Source of the DNA: Lama glama
Lineage: Eukaryota
Assembly (NCBI GenBank): GCA_028534125.1
Contig: CM052817.1
Location: 31,002,001-31,066,000 of the forward strand
Direction: 5' to 3'
DNA length: 64,000 nucleotides
Shown here piece by piece: positions 14,562 through 26,026 of this stretch. Each line of letters starts with the position of its first letter. The first letter of the stretch is position 1. The translations under genes and the position numbers were made by a program. Under the pieces are notes generated by a model. It saw nothing but the letters and a program-made list of their open reading frames with translations, made no database searches and had not been told where the DNA came from.

Positions 14562-14714
14562 CTTTAACTGCCAATCAAAATCCTGCAGCTGTGCAGAGGA
14601 AATATCAACTATTTCTTCTAACAGAGCCTGCTTGATTTCATCTTTCCTACTTCTTAAGCATTTCATGATAGCTTCTTGATGAGATGAATTCAACTGATTC
14701 AACTGCTGAGATAT
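14562..14714 (-). CDS. COMMD8: COMMD8 exon 3 ([51 protein letters not shown])
   Basis: Acceptor ttttcttttcatag|, donor AAG|gtgag, 153 nt. Ends in the L-x-D-F-D-W motif that starts the COMM domain. Confidence 0.97.
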
Positions 14715-14829
14715 CTATGAAAAGAAAAATAAACAGAAAATATGTGAAAGGGCCTTTCTGTTTAAAAAATTTAAAAGCTATGGAACTGGCTGGAAGTGCA
14801 AGGATAGGAAAGAGAACTTTATCAACTAT

Positions 14830-15347
14830 GATGGAATACTACTCAGCCATAAATAAGAATAAAATATATGTATGTTCATGTATAATTGAAAATTCGTGCT
14901 CTACACTGGAATTTGACACAACATTGTGAAATGACTATAACTCAATAAAATATGTTAAAAAAAAGAATAAAATAATGCCATTTGCAGCAACATGGATGGA
15001 CCTGGAGATTGTCATACTAAGTGAAGTAAGACAGAAAGAGAAAGAAAAATACCATATGGTATCACTTATATGTGGAATCTAGATATGGTTACTGTGGGGG
15101 AGGGGGGAGGAAGGCATAAATTGGGAGTTTGAGATTTGCAGATACTAATATATGTAAAATAGGTAAGTTCATACTGTACAGCACAGGGAACTATATTCAA
15201 TATCTTGTAGTAAATTGTGGTGAAAAAGAATATGAAAACAAATATATGTATATTCATGTATGACTGAAGCACTGTGCTGTGCACCAGAAATTGACACATT
15301 ATAAACTGACTATACATCAATAAAAATATATATACATCAAAAAAAAA
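14830..15347 (+). mobile_element. L1 3' end in COMMD8 intron 2 with a nested short L1 tail (14867-14962)
   Basis: atggaatactactcagccata...gcagcaacatggatggacctggag...aataaa-polyA. Inner piece is flanked by a 12-bp direct repeat. Confidence 0.85.
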
Positions 15348-15349
15348 TT

Positions 15350-16160
15350 TCAGGACTTCTATTCAACAAAAGACCCATTGAGAAACTGAAACAGCAAACA
15401 TAAAAGGAGACATTTAAAATACATATACCTAAGAACATGTATTTAGAATATCACCCAAATCAAAATGACATACACAACTCCATTTTTTTTTCAAGTGGGC
15501 AACCTACACAAACATGCCGAAATGATTTTTGACAAAGGTACAAAAGCAATTCAACGGAAGGACACTCCCTGACCCTGTAATCTCACTTCAAGATGTCTAT
15601 CCTAGAAAAGCCGGCCCAAGTGTGTACAATTAGACACACACAAAATGTCTATAGCAGCACTATTCATAATAATGAAAGAGGTAATAACTCAACCGTTCAT
15701 CAGTGGGAGGATGGAAAAAATAAGTCCCACTAATTTCTATCATCAAATACTGCAAGGGGTTAAAATACATAAACCAGATCTACATTTATCAACACTGATA
15801 AACCTAAAACACGATGTTGTGGGAAAAAAAGACAAACGGATACCTATGCTACCATTTACAACTTACACATTTAAACAGCTCCAATAATTGTATATATTGC
15901 TGAAAGATATAAACATTCATACAATATAGGATACAAAACATGCACATAACTCCATGAGTGGTAATCTCCAGAGGAGGGTGAGATTTACGTATTATCTGTA
16001 ATGCCTTGTTTCTTCTAAGACACACACACAGACATTAAATACACAAAGTAAAATGTTAACAAACTGTTTAATTGCGGTAATGGGAATGCAGGTGACGGTT
16101 ATATAACTTCTGGTTTTCTTCCATATGATTTAAATGTTTCACAATTAAAAAAAAAAAACC
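15350..16160 (+). mobile_element. Old L1M fragments
   Basis: tgatttttgacaaaggtacaaaagcaattcaa and atagcagcactattcataat landmarks, A-tail about 16147. Confidence 0.65.
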
Positions 16161-16350
16161 AAAACTACGAAACCCCAGAACTTCCACAGATTTTCCACTT
16201 ACTCACAATTATGAGGTTTTTATTGTTATCTATTGTATGTTTACTGATGATGGCCCTTGTATTACACAGTGCCCTAAACACCAACTTATTAAAAAATCTG
16301 AACATGAATTATTATTTATTACAAGGTAGAAAAATTTGGAGTGAAGTTAC

Positions 16351-16506
16351 CTCTTCATCAGATAAATTTTTACCAACTGCAGCTTTGAAAAATTTGGTAA
16401 TATCTTCTAGAACGTGCATCCATTCTGTTGAATCCCAAACATTCTGATAATTCTGATAGAGAGGATAAGTTTGGCCACAAATGCCATCAATTATTTTGTG
16501 AAGAAG
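16351..16506 (-). CDS. COMMD8: COMMD8 exon 2 ([52 protein letters not shown])
   Basis: Acceptor ttttttctctctag|, donor GAG|gtaac, 156 nt open and in frame. Confidence 0.97.
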
Positions 16507-17019
16507 CTAGAGAGAAAAAAGGAAATAAATGTAATTATAAGTAAAATTATAAAACAGATTTATCTCCTTCGTAGCAAATAAATGTTGGGAGAAGTTCACG
16601 TTATCTGCAGAAGCAGCTGAGGTTGAAATGCAACTATCTTTAACATTATTTTATTAATTAAAAAGCTTCATCAAAGGAAGAAAAAAACAGCCATTCTGTA
16701 ATTTTTTCCACCTTCAGAAGCTAAAATAATTTTATACATACATGTTGTTTCTCTAATGTTCCTGAAAGGAAAGTAGTGGGTACAAAAGTTTCTCCTTGGG
16801 ATTTCTTAAACATCTATTTATACCAATAACCAAAAAAAACAAGGTATGACTCTTAAAATCTTTAAACTACGGATCTACAAACCCCTTTTCTCCGTTTTCC
16901 ACAACTTATTTCTTTTGCTCCCCTCCAAGAAAGCCCTCAGTGCCTTTCTTTTTCTTTTTTACATTCCTTTCCCTCTACCCTAACTTAATGCCTGCAGCGG
17001 AAATCCTAACATAAACATT

Positions 17020-17240
17020 ACTGAACACAGTGACTAAGACTGTGGGTTTTGGAACAAAACTGACTAGTCTGAATCTTATTTCCACTATTTATTAGTTTTG
17101 CCAAGTTATTTAAACATTCCGTGCCCATTCCTCATGTGTAAAATGAGGACAGCCTCTATCCCCACAATGCCGTTGTAAGGACTGAATAAGAATACATGCA
17201 GATCACGTGGCGCATTCTTGGCATTAAACATTGCCTGCCA
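17020..17240 (+). mobile_element. MIR SINE
   Basis: ccaagttatttaa...cctcatgtgtaaaatgagga...ttgtaaggactgaat. Confidence 0.7.
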
Positions 17241-17759
17241 TTGTTACCATTTTTCTTCTTCTTACTGTTGTTATTATTATCATCACTATTACTACTACCA
17301 CTACTGGTCCTATGTTCCATGCCTATAACATCTATTAACCAAGTACCTACTATACCAGCGCTGTTCTAGGCAAACAATAAATACGGTTTTCTTTCTGAAG
17401 AGATATTTGTGTCTTGTAAGAAGAATATTTGAACCCGAACAACTTGGAAATGCATTTAAGCAGCAAGTCTTCCAACTCTTTTCTCCTGGATCATATCCCA
17501 GTCCATTTTAAATAACTCCTTCTCAGTAACACCGCACATATTGGAACAGAGGTGAGCAACTGGTGACCCTACTTCCAAATGACGGCTAATGAACTATATG
17601 AACAGAATTTTTATTTACCATAAACCAACCAACATCCTCAATTTGAAATTCATTCAGCATTCCCTACATACATTTTACCTTATCCCAAACTGTCTCCCGT
17701 GCTAAAGCAAAACCCAGAACTCAAACTGAAAAATATGAGTGCTATCTTTTTGGAATATA

Positions 17760-18760
17760 ATTTTTTTAATTCATTCACAAATATGTAATGAGCACTTCAT
17801 TCCAGTTAGTAAATAAGGCAATGTAAATACAGAGAAAACATAACAAGAATGGCTACCGTTTATAGAGCCCAAACTGTGTACCAAACCCTGCGCTGATCTT
17901 CACTGTGATTTTGTGAAGTGAGCCCTGTTATTACCTCCATTTTACAAGTGAGGAAACTGAGGACAAGTAAGATAAGGTCCTACCATATCAGAGCCTTAGT
18001 CCATCAGAGAAAACCAATTACCAATAAATAAATGCGATTTAGGACGATAGGAGATACAATGAAAGTCTACAGAAGGTACAAAGGAGCACCGAAGAAGGAG
18101 GGGCAAGCATGTCCTACAGGATGAGTAGCTGGCTGGTCGAACAGGAAAAGGGCATTTCTAGTAGCAGCTGCATATACCTAGGATGAAAGTGCAACACCAC
18201 ATGGCTCAATTTGGGGGATGACAGGATACAAGACTGGAGAGCTGGTAGAGGCCAAACCGTAAAGGGCCTTGTACACAACGCAAAAAAAGCCTAGACTTTA
18301 ATCTGTGTTCAACAGGGAAGCAACTTATTCATATATTTGCATTATTTTTCCATAAATCTGCCTACAGGTTGGAAGCCATAAGGAGAGAAAAGAGAAAGAG
18401 AGGATGAGCCCAAAGGCCCCCATCTTCAGTTTACTAGCAAGAGATTATGGGGAGCTAAACTGTTGAGGACACTCAAGCTGGAGGCAGGAGAGAGGCAAAG
18501 GAGATGTGGAAAGGAGGACCCAGGATGATACTCAATTTCAGGTTGAGTGACTGGGTAAGTGGCTGTGTCACAACCAAAAATGAAGCTACAACCACAGAAG
18601 GAGTAAGTCAGGGAGAAAGATGAGTAGCTTGGCTCAGGACTTACTAAATTTAAGGTAACTGTGGTGTATCTAACCAGAGGCCTGACCCTCAGGGAAGAGA
18701 TTTTTGGCTGGATCCAGAGATGTAGGAGCTATGTACATACATGACAGTAAAGGTGATGGG
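17760..18760 (-). mobile_element. L2 LINE fragments with an embedded MIR (about 17850-17970)
   Basis: ttcattca end and purine-rich L2-antisense texture; MIR core tttacaagtgaggaaactgagg. Confidence 0.6.
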
Positions 18761-19789
18761 CCTTGTGTAAAGTACGTAGTACGTAGGGAGGCAGAAGACA
18801 GGAGCAGAAAGCTAATACAAGACTCACAATCAACATATCTGCACATCTGTACCCACTCTGCCACTTACTAGTTTGATAACTTTGGGTAAGTTACCCAAAC
18901 CCTCCACTGACATTTCAGCTTCCTCATCTGTAAAATGAGAGAAAAGGTTTAAGATGGTTCTTCTTGATACAGGTTGGATCAAGTTTAAGGGTCAACTAAG
19001 TTGATTCATCTCCCCACTACTATCCCAACTGTAACTGGAACAGAGTGAGAAAGGTAGAAATTTGGGACTTATAAAAGCTGCCTACCTCTCTACATTATAT
19101 AGGCTAAGCCATCACCCTCAACCTTCACCCACTGTAAACAGAACAGAATAGAGACTTAAAGCTAAGTATCATTGACACTGAAGGCCAGCCCACCATAACT
19201 TGGGATGCAGATATCCACCCCAATGATAAAGCTAAGTTTAGTAAACACTAATTGATTTCTTCTTTCAGCAAACACTAATTAAGAACCCACCTTGACCCAG
19301 ACAGAACTCTCAAGAACTGGGGGCATAAGACAAGGAATCTACCCTGAAGGAGCTCAGAATAAAAGAGGACCAGAAGCAAGAGGACCAGTTAAAAAGTTGT
19401 GTTCAAGGAAGACTTAATCAGGCCTGAATTGCTGGGGAATAGAAGAGGTGGGAGTAAACATATTAATATATTAATTACAATACAAAGTGTTAGTCAATAG
19501 TCTTAAGTCAGAGGGCAAACAACCACAGCTTCCAGCGCTCAGGCTGAAACTCAATTTTGCATACACTGTTTCCTTTCAGAGGTTGGCAAATTTCCTTAAG
19601 GTCTAATACTTGGGGCACTAAGGTGTTTTGTTTTGTTTTTTTAATTCAAAGTTCAAGGAAGAAAAAACACTTCTCAGATTTTCCTCTCATAGCAACCACT
19701 GAGTTTTCTTCCTTTCACAGCTCACAGTCAAAATTTCATTATATGTACTCACTGTCTCCGCATTTCTCTCCTCTTTCAAACTAAAATTT

Positions 19790-20428
19790 TGCTGCTGCCA
19801 AAACCAATACTTTAAACTGCCAGGGCCTTAGGCAGTAAGGCTAAACACAGGAGCACAGCACACAGACTCCAGCCACCTGACTCCTGTTCACCTGCCTAGC
19901 AGTCTCCCTGATCTGCTTCTCTGAATTTCAGTCTCTAAGACAGCAGAGCCCCCCTGGGGCTGGTTTTCTTCCTCTAGCCTTCGTAGCTGCTATTTCTCAG
20001 CCTGAAACACTCTTCCCTCTAACCTGTCTGATTCCTACTCATCTTTCAGGACCCAGTCTAGAAATCTAAGTAGCTGCTCTGCAAAACCTCCCCTTGCCCC
20101 TTTACATCTGGGTTGCTCTCTCTCCCATAAACTTATCATGGATACCTCAGTTTGGTTTCCTTATTAGATTTCCAGATCCTCATAAACCCAGGTTCCTTCT
20201 TAGACAGAAGGTGCCCATGTACATGTCACTTCTTGAGGTACGGTCCACCTCGGACCACCCCACCTAAGGTAAGTCTCCTAGTTTTGGGCAGCACTTACCA
20301 GTTTTTTTCTGTAGCCCTCAAGGGGGTAGAGGTATGCCTCTCTAGGCCACTAAGGTATCCCTAACACGTAGCACTGTGCCTGGTGCATAGGGAGCATTCG
20401 GGAGGTTTGTGTTGAATGAATGAATGAA
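19790..20428 (+). mobile_element. L2 3' end
   Basis: tagcactgtgcctggtgcatag...ttgttgaatgaatgaatgaa terminus. Confidence 0.65.
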
Positions 20429-20449
20429 ACACATGAGAGCCTGCAAACC

Positions 20450-21320
20450 ACCGCCTCCACGTTGCAAACTTTCAAAGACTATGTGGCGACTCCGCCCCCC
20501 GCGTCCGGGTTCCTGGGTCCGCCGGCAGCTCGCGGGAGAGGATGGGCGGCCCCCACCCGCGTGCGGGCGCGGCCCGGCGGGTGTCTGCGCGCAGAGCCCC
20601 TGGAGGGGTCATCCTAAGCCGGTGCGTGGAGGTGGCGCACCACGCCTCAGACTCTTTAGCTCCAGAGTAGAAAGCGGGGGGCGGGCCACCCGAAATCACA
20701 CCCCTTCCCCCTCCCTTCTCTGGGCGGCGGGCACGATCCCCCCTAAAGGCGTCTGGTCGGACCCGCCCAGCACTGCAGGCCGTCAGGGAGCCCGGCCCGC
20801 GCCTCCGCGCCTTGCGCGCTCCTCACCTGCAGACCCAGCTCCGCAGGAAGCTTCTGCAGCCGCCACAAGGGCGTCCCTTCTTCCGGCTCCATTCCTGTGT
20901 GAAGCTGGAGGCTGCGTCACATGACAAGCCCTGACGTCTCCTCTGGCGCCGCGGCTCGCCCACGTGACTCCCTCCCGCCGGGTGTGGGACGGTGGGCGTG
21001 GAGACGCGAGAGCCCTGGTGCGCGTGCGCAGAGACGGAGCCCTGGCTGGCCCTGTAACTACGGAATCCTTTCCGCCTGTTGCGACGTTGCTTGAACGCCC
21101 TTATAGGTTAGTTGAAGGCACGTTCGCAGATCTTTCAAAGCAGTTAGCAGCTTTGTTCAGAGTTCTAGCGAACTTTATTTGCACTCTTTAGAAAGCGGTC
21201 TAATAATGGTAACCACATTTTGGGGTGCGCCGGGGCCATTGACCTGAAGGTTTGCCGTAAGTGTCTTACCAAAGTATCCCGATTTGGAAGGCAAATGAGA
21301 GTTTCCCATGCGCGACGTTC
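20450..21320 (-). promoter_or_regulatory. COMMD8: CpG island / COMMD8 promoter
   Basis: High GC and CpG around exon 1. GTCACATGAC 20916-20925, TGACGTCT 20932-20939, CACGTGAC 20961-20968, NRF1-consensus TGCGCACGCGCA on - at 21019-21030. Confidence 0.9.
20827..20892 (-). CDS. COMMD8: COMM domain-containing protein 8, coding exon 1 (MEPEEGTPLWRLQKLPAELGLQ)
   Basis: Hand translation matches the COMMD8 N-terminus as I recall it. ATG at 20892, donor CAG|GTGAGG, lies in a CpG island. 66 nt, phase 0. Confidence 0.97.
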
Positions 21321-21390
21321 TTTATGTAGCTTATCCTAAGAAAGTATCATTTTCATCCCCATATCTAAATAACGAGATCAGAGAAATGAC

Positions 21391-21584
21391 TAGGGTTGTC
21401 AGATTTAGCAAATAAAAATACCGGATGCCCAGTTAAATATGAAATTTCAGGTAAGCAACAAATAATATTTTTTATAAGTGTGCCCTAAATATTAAAGGAA
21501 ACATACTTACACTAAAAAAATTATTCCTTGTTTATCTGAAATTGTAATTTAACTGGGCGTCTTGTAGTTTATTTGTCAACCCTA
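21391..21584. mobile_element. MER53 palindromic hAT MITE inserted in a MIR
   Basis: TAGGGTTG...CAACCCTA termini, long internal self-complementarity, 194 bp, decayed 8-bp TSD (gaaatgac/taagtcac). Confidence 0.9.
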
Positions 21585-21793
21585 TAAGTCACTTACCAAA
21601 GTTCAGTTAAGAGCACAGCCTGAGGTTTAACAAAATCAGTGAGTCTCTAGAGCGACACTCAGTGTTGGACTAAACCTGAAGCCCAAATAGCCTTTCTGTG
21701 ATTTCTCTCATTATTACAGGTGTTAACTTTAAGCAGGCGCTGGCAAATTCAGTAGTGGTAAGACAGTCTCTGCCATTCAGGAGTACCTCCAAA

Positions 21794-21908
21794 GGAGGAG
21801 GGTATATAGCTCAGTGGTGGAGTGTGTGCTTAGCATGCATGAGGTCTTGGGTTCAATCCTCAGTAACCCCGTATAAAAAAAACTAATTACCTGCCCCTCC
21901 TCAAAAAA
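21794..21908 (+). mobile_element. Camelid tRNA-derived SINE (Vic-1-like)
   Basis: A box tagctcagtgg, B box gggttcaatcc, then ctaattacct-C-rich tail and poly(A). Confidence 0.85.
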
Positions 21909-22129
21909 GAAGTCTATCCAGAAGCACAATTAGTTGAAGACAGAAACAGAAATTCCAATCTAATCTTAATTTAATAATTAAAGTGGTGCGAATTTTAGTA
22001 GCTTAACCTAATATTTATTTCTTGGTTGTATGTATATTGGCTTAATACAGGCATTGGTGGTTAGGTGGCTATTCCCTCTCTCAGACCTCAGAGTTCTGTC
22101 CAGTCTGAGTAGGGAAAGAGATAGTATAT

Positions 22130-22322
22130 GAAAGATTATTAAGGAGATTTTTGTCTGATATATCTAGAAATAGTGAACATCACTTCTACCCATTATCATC
22201 AGCTGGAACCCAGTTTCATGGCAGCACCTAACTGTAAAGGAATCTTGAAAATATAGTTTAGCTGGGTGCCCAAGAGGAAAAAGAAACAAGGTTTGGTAAA
22301 CACACAGTTATCTCTACCACAG
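22130..22322 (-). mobile_element. MLT1 (MaLR) LTR fragment
   Basis: catcacttct...catggc...cctaactg...tctctaccaca end. Confidence 0.6.
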
Positions 22323-24037
22323 TCGTGCTTTTTAAAAGACAACTGAGAATTTCTAATAGGAGATATATCAACACTGTTAACAATCATTCTCTTTCACCTT
22401 GTCATATAGAACAATCATGCTTGGTAGTTTACTATTAAGGTAAAATATAAAACCAGGTTCCAACTAGCATCTTGTACCTGCATCAAATTAATATTGATTC
22501 CAGTTTGTATGAAGAGGAGGATCAGAGAGGTTAGTAACCCAATCAATCTCTTTTTGTGTTATCGCCACAGTCAGGTTAAAGTCTATGATTCTACAAGCTA
22601 TATCTCAGAGAAATCAAGGAGGTGAAACTGGCTGGCTAGCTGGCTATGGGTTATACTAATTTAGAATTATTACAGGGAAAGGTCCAGTCTTCAGTTTTTG
22701 GGGGGTCCTCAGACTCTATTTTGTCATTTCACTTGGAAAATATTGATTCACTCTAACCAAACTCTCAAGGAACTGATTGATAAACCAGAACGTCACACAG
22801 TAGGAATTGCTTCTCCTTTGTGTATTCTTTTGAAGAAAAAAACTTTGTTTCTTTGATTCTCCTTTTTGCTAAATGTCATACCCTTAAAATTGCTTCTTAT
22901 AGGCTCCTGGCCAAGATTTAGGAAATACTGTGTTCCAGAGAGTTACTCTGGGGATTTTTGGTCCCCATCATTGTGAGTCAAGTCTTACTAGTTAATTAAA
23001 AATGATAACCTTCGTTTGTCCCTAAATTCTGGGATCCCTACTTTTGCCCATGAACTGACAACATTAGCGTCGTAATTATAATTTCTTACAAATGTTTGAT
23101 GAATCAAAAAAAGCTATTAACTCATTATTCAGAGTTGAAGGCATCTTTGAATAAAATAAATTGTCTATAGCTTTCCACATTTATTTCTCAGTTCAGACCT
23201 GCTTTTCAGGTTATCCTATGACTTGACGTTGACTAATTTGTACACCTTAACTAGATGTATTGCAATATAGGTGTGCTTAGTGATTTACATTGCAATCTAT
23301 GTAAAATTATTCCTGTTCATAAATTGAGAGGAAAGGGAGGGCCTTCAAGTATAATGAGTTTAATTATTATCTTATAATTATATAGGAAATATTAAAATGT
23401 TATGTTTTCATTCCATTGAAAGAAGTTATGGACAGCCAAGTTGTAAAGACTTGGGAGATACTGGGTTTTATTTTGTCTGTATAAACTCAGATTTGGCTGC
23501 TAGGAAACAGTTTCTTAGAAGTCAATTGGATAAATGTCTCGTTTCATCCTGGTGAATGAACTTAATAAATAGAAGGCCTTTGTTTTTCTTTTTCAGCTTT
23601 ATATGTAATTAAGAAATGCTTTTAACACTTCCTCATTATGTATTTTCTTTATCAAAAAAATGTTCTTGTAGCTTAAGCCATCAGAGGTCTCCTTTAAAGT
23701 TGATCTTTGAACCAGACATTTCGGTTTTAAAAGGGCAGCAAAGATTGCATATAACAGTTATTCCAGTGTAGCACTAAGGAATACAATATATTAAAAGCTC
23801 TGAAATTGTTGTTAAAGTGAAATACTTAAGTAAACTGAAATTTTGAAAATTAGATGTACTGTGTTGCCATCCACACTCTGTCCTTAGGGGTAGCGGTCGT
23901 TTAGAATGGCATGCCAAGTGCTCAGTCAGTCTTTCTGATGAAGGTTCTGTGCCTGCAAGGCCTCCCTCTTCTCAGTTGCCACCTCTTTTAATCACTGTAC
24001 TGAAAGCCTTCACATCTGTGAGCTGTTAGGATTTTAG

Positions 24038-24440
24038 CCAGTGGTTCTTAATCAAGACAGCTCATTTAGAGTCCCCCAGAGAATTTTTGAGTGATTGATT
24101 TTTCACTTCAAATGTGCTGTACTTTTGCTTTTTTAATAGCTTTGCAACTTACATGCCACAAAATCCTGCCATTTAAAGTACAGTTCCATGGGGTTTACTA
24201 AATGTACACAGTTCTGTGATCATCACCACAATTTAGTTTAAGACCGCTGCCACAGGCCCCCAAAATGTCCCTTCTGCCTGTTTGTAGACAATCGTGTGGA
24301 AGCTTTCAAAAAAAAAAAAAATAGCCAGAACTCACCCCTAGATCAATAATATCAGAATCTCTTTGTGGGTAAATAGCCAACATTAGTTTGTTACAAAACA
24401 CCCCCAAATGATTTTAATGTAAACTAGTGTTGATATCCAA
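24038..24440. mobile_element. MER5-like hAT element split by an antisense L1 fragment (about 24130-24295)
   Basis: cagtggttcttaa start and atcagaatctct...tgattttaatgt end. Confidence 0.55.
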
Positions 24441-25490
24441 TGATTTGTACAAAACTTAGTAGAAAAGGTGAAGATCTGGAAAGTGTGGACATGACCCCTT
24501 ACTAACCAAGAGATCTGGTCAACTTAGACCAGCATTGTCTCAACGACAGCAGCAGCACAGTAACAAACACTTCTAGAACCTTTAGGGTATGGCGGGGGTT
24601 TTGATCACTCTGGTTTTCTTCCTAATGTTTACTTTGCCTAGAATCTTCTCTCCATCCACCTGCAGCTCCTTCCATGAACATTTAGTCAGCCTCGTGAATT
24701 CAGACACATTCCCCAAAGAATTTTAATTGCTGCCTCACCTGTGTTTCCATAACTCTTTTAACGAACTTCTGTTCTAGTCTTTATCACATTACATTGCAGC
24801 TGTTTGCTTATATGCTGTTTCTCCCATTGTTCTAAGCAGAGGCCCTGAAACATCCATTTCCTATTCTAGACAATGTCTGGCAGGAAGCAGACCCCCATAA
24901 GTGTTTGCTGAATTCAGAAATGGAAGAGGTGATGAAAAAAAGAAAACTATGAAAAGCTTAGGCAGGGATTCAAGTGAACCTTGATGACAAATTAGAATCA
25001 ACTGAGGAGCTTTTCAAACTCCGTATGACCAGATCACACCCAGACCACGTAAGTCAGAGTCTCTAGGGATGGAACCCAGTGGTATTTTTTGTTCAACACC
25101 CCATGTGATTCTCCTAATGTGTAGTTGAAATTGAGAACCCTGAGGTTAAAGCCTCAAAGGATGGTCCAGAATTGCCTTCTTGACCAATTGCCTTCTGCCC
25201 CATTAACTGAAATATTTAAATATTTACTGTTACTTTGCCTGAAGGGAGCTCAGAAATACAGGTGGATTAACAGCTACCTGTTTAAAATGTATAGAAGGCC
25301 CCTAGCAGGCCCAAGAAAGAACATTGGGATTCATATGGTATAAAATCTTAAAGTAATTTATTAAATTATTTTTATTTATTTATTAAATTTAATTATAACT
25401 TATTAAATTTAATAAATTACTTTCCTCCTGATATCTCTCTTGAAGAACCATTACGAAAAAGGAGTCTTAACTTGGGTAGGAAATTGAAAG

Positions 25491-26026
25491 TGTCAAAGCA
25501 AAAATTGCATTAAACAATGTTAAAGAGGCCAGGAAGACTTTATTCAAGGCTCTCGCAATAGGAGACCAGAACCCAACTCCACTGAAACAAAGGGCAGGAG
25601 AATGTTTAAGTGTGAGAGTGTGAGCGAGAACACAGGACATCTGCACTTGCTCACTGGCTTTACCCAAAGGGAAAGTAAACTTTCTCGTATTTCTTGTGAC
25701 AAGAGGCAGTTTTACCACTTTGAGCAAGGCACCCACCAAAATGAGGCTCCCCCCTTCACAGAGACTGAGAGAGAGGGTTGCTATCTCTTTGATGATTACA
25801 TCTCAGAGACAGTTCATAAACTTTTGAGAAAAATATGCCTAAATTGCAAAACTGGCAGGAGACTTTTTTCTAAAAAATGATTTATATCGCAAAGGGAAGG
25901 GACGGTAATTATAAGTACAAATTTTCTAAAGAAAAGACTCTCTGAAAGCGGAAGTCTGGGCTTAAGTCAGGAGAAAGCCTCTTGAACATTTAGCCAAGTT
26001 GGGAAACTTTAAGGCCGTCTTGGTCG
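25491..26026 (-). mobile_element. Solo ERV1-type LTR (MER67-like)
   Basis: TG...CG ends, 4-bp TSD AAAG at 25487-25490 and 26027-26030, minus-strand AATAAA near 25550. Confidence 0.75.

Noticed and set aside
20420..21191. Pro/Arg/Ala-rich ORFs in the CpG island
   Set aside because: Expected from stop-codon scarcity in GC-rich DNA. The true coding sequence here is the 66-nt COMMD8 exon on the minus strand.
21797..21870. tRNA-like sequence
   Set aside because: It has a SINE tail and poly(A), a second copy elsewhere and broken stems, so it is not a tRNA gene.
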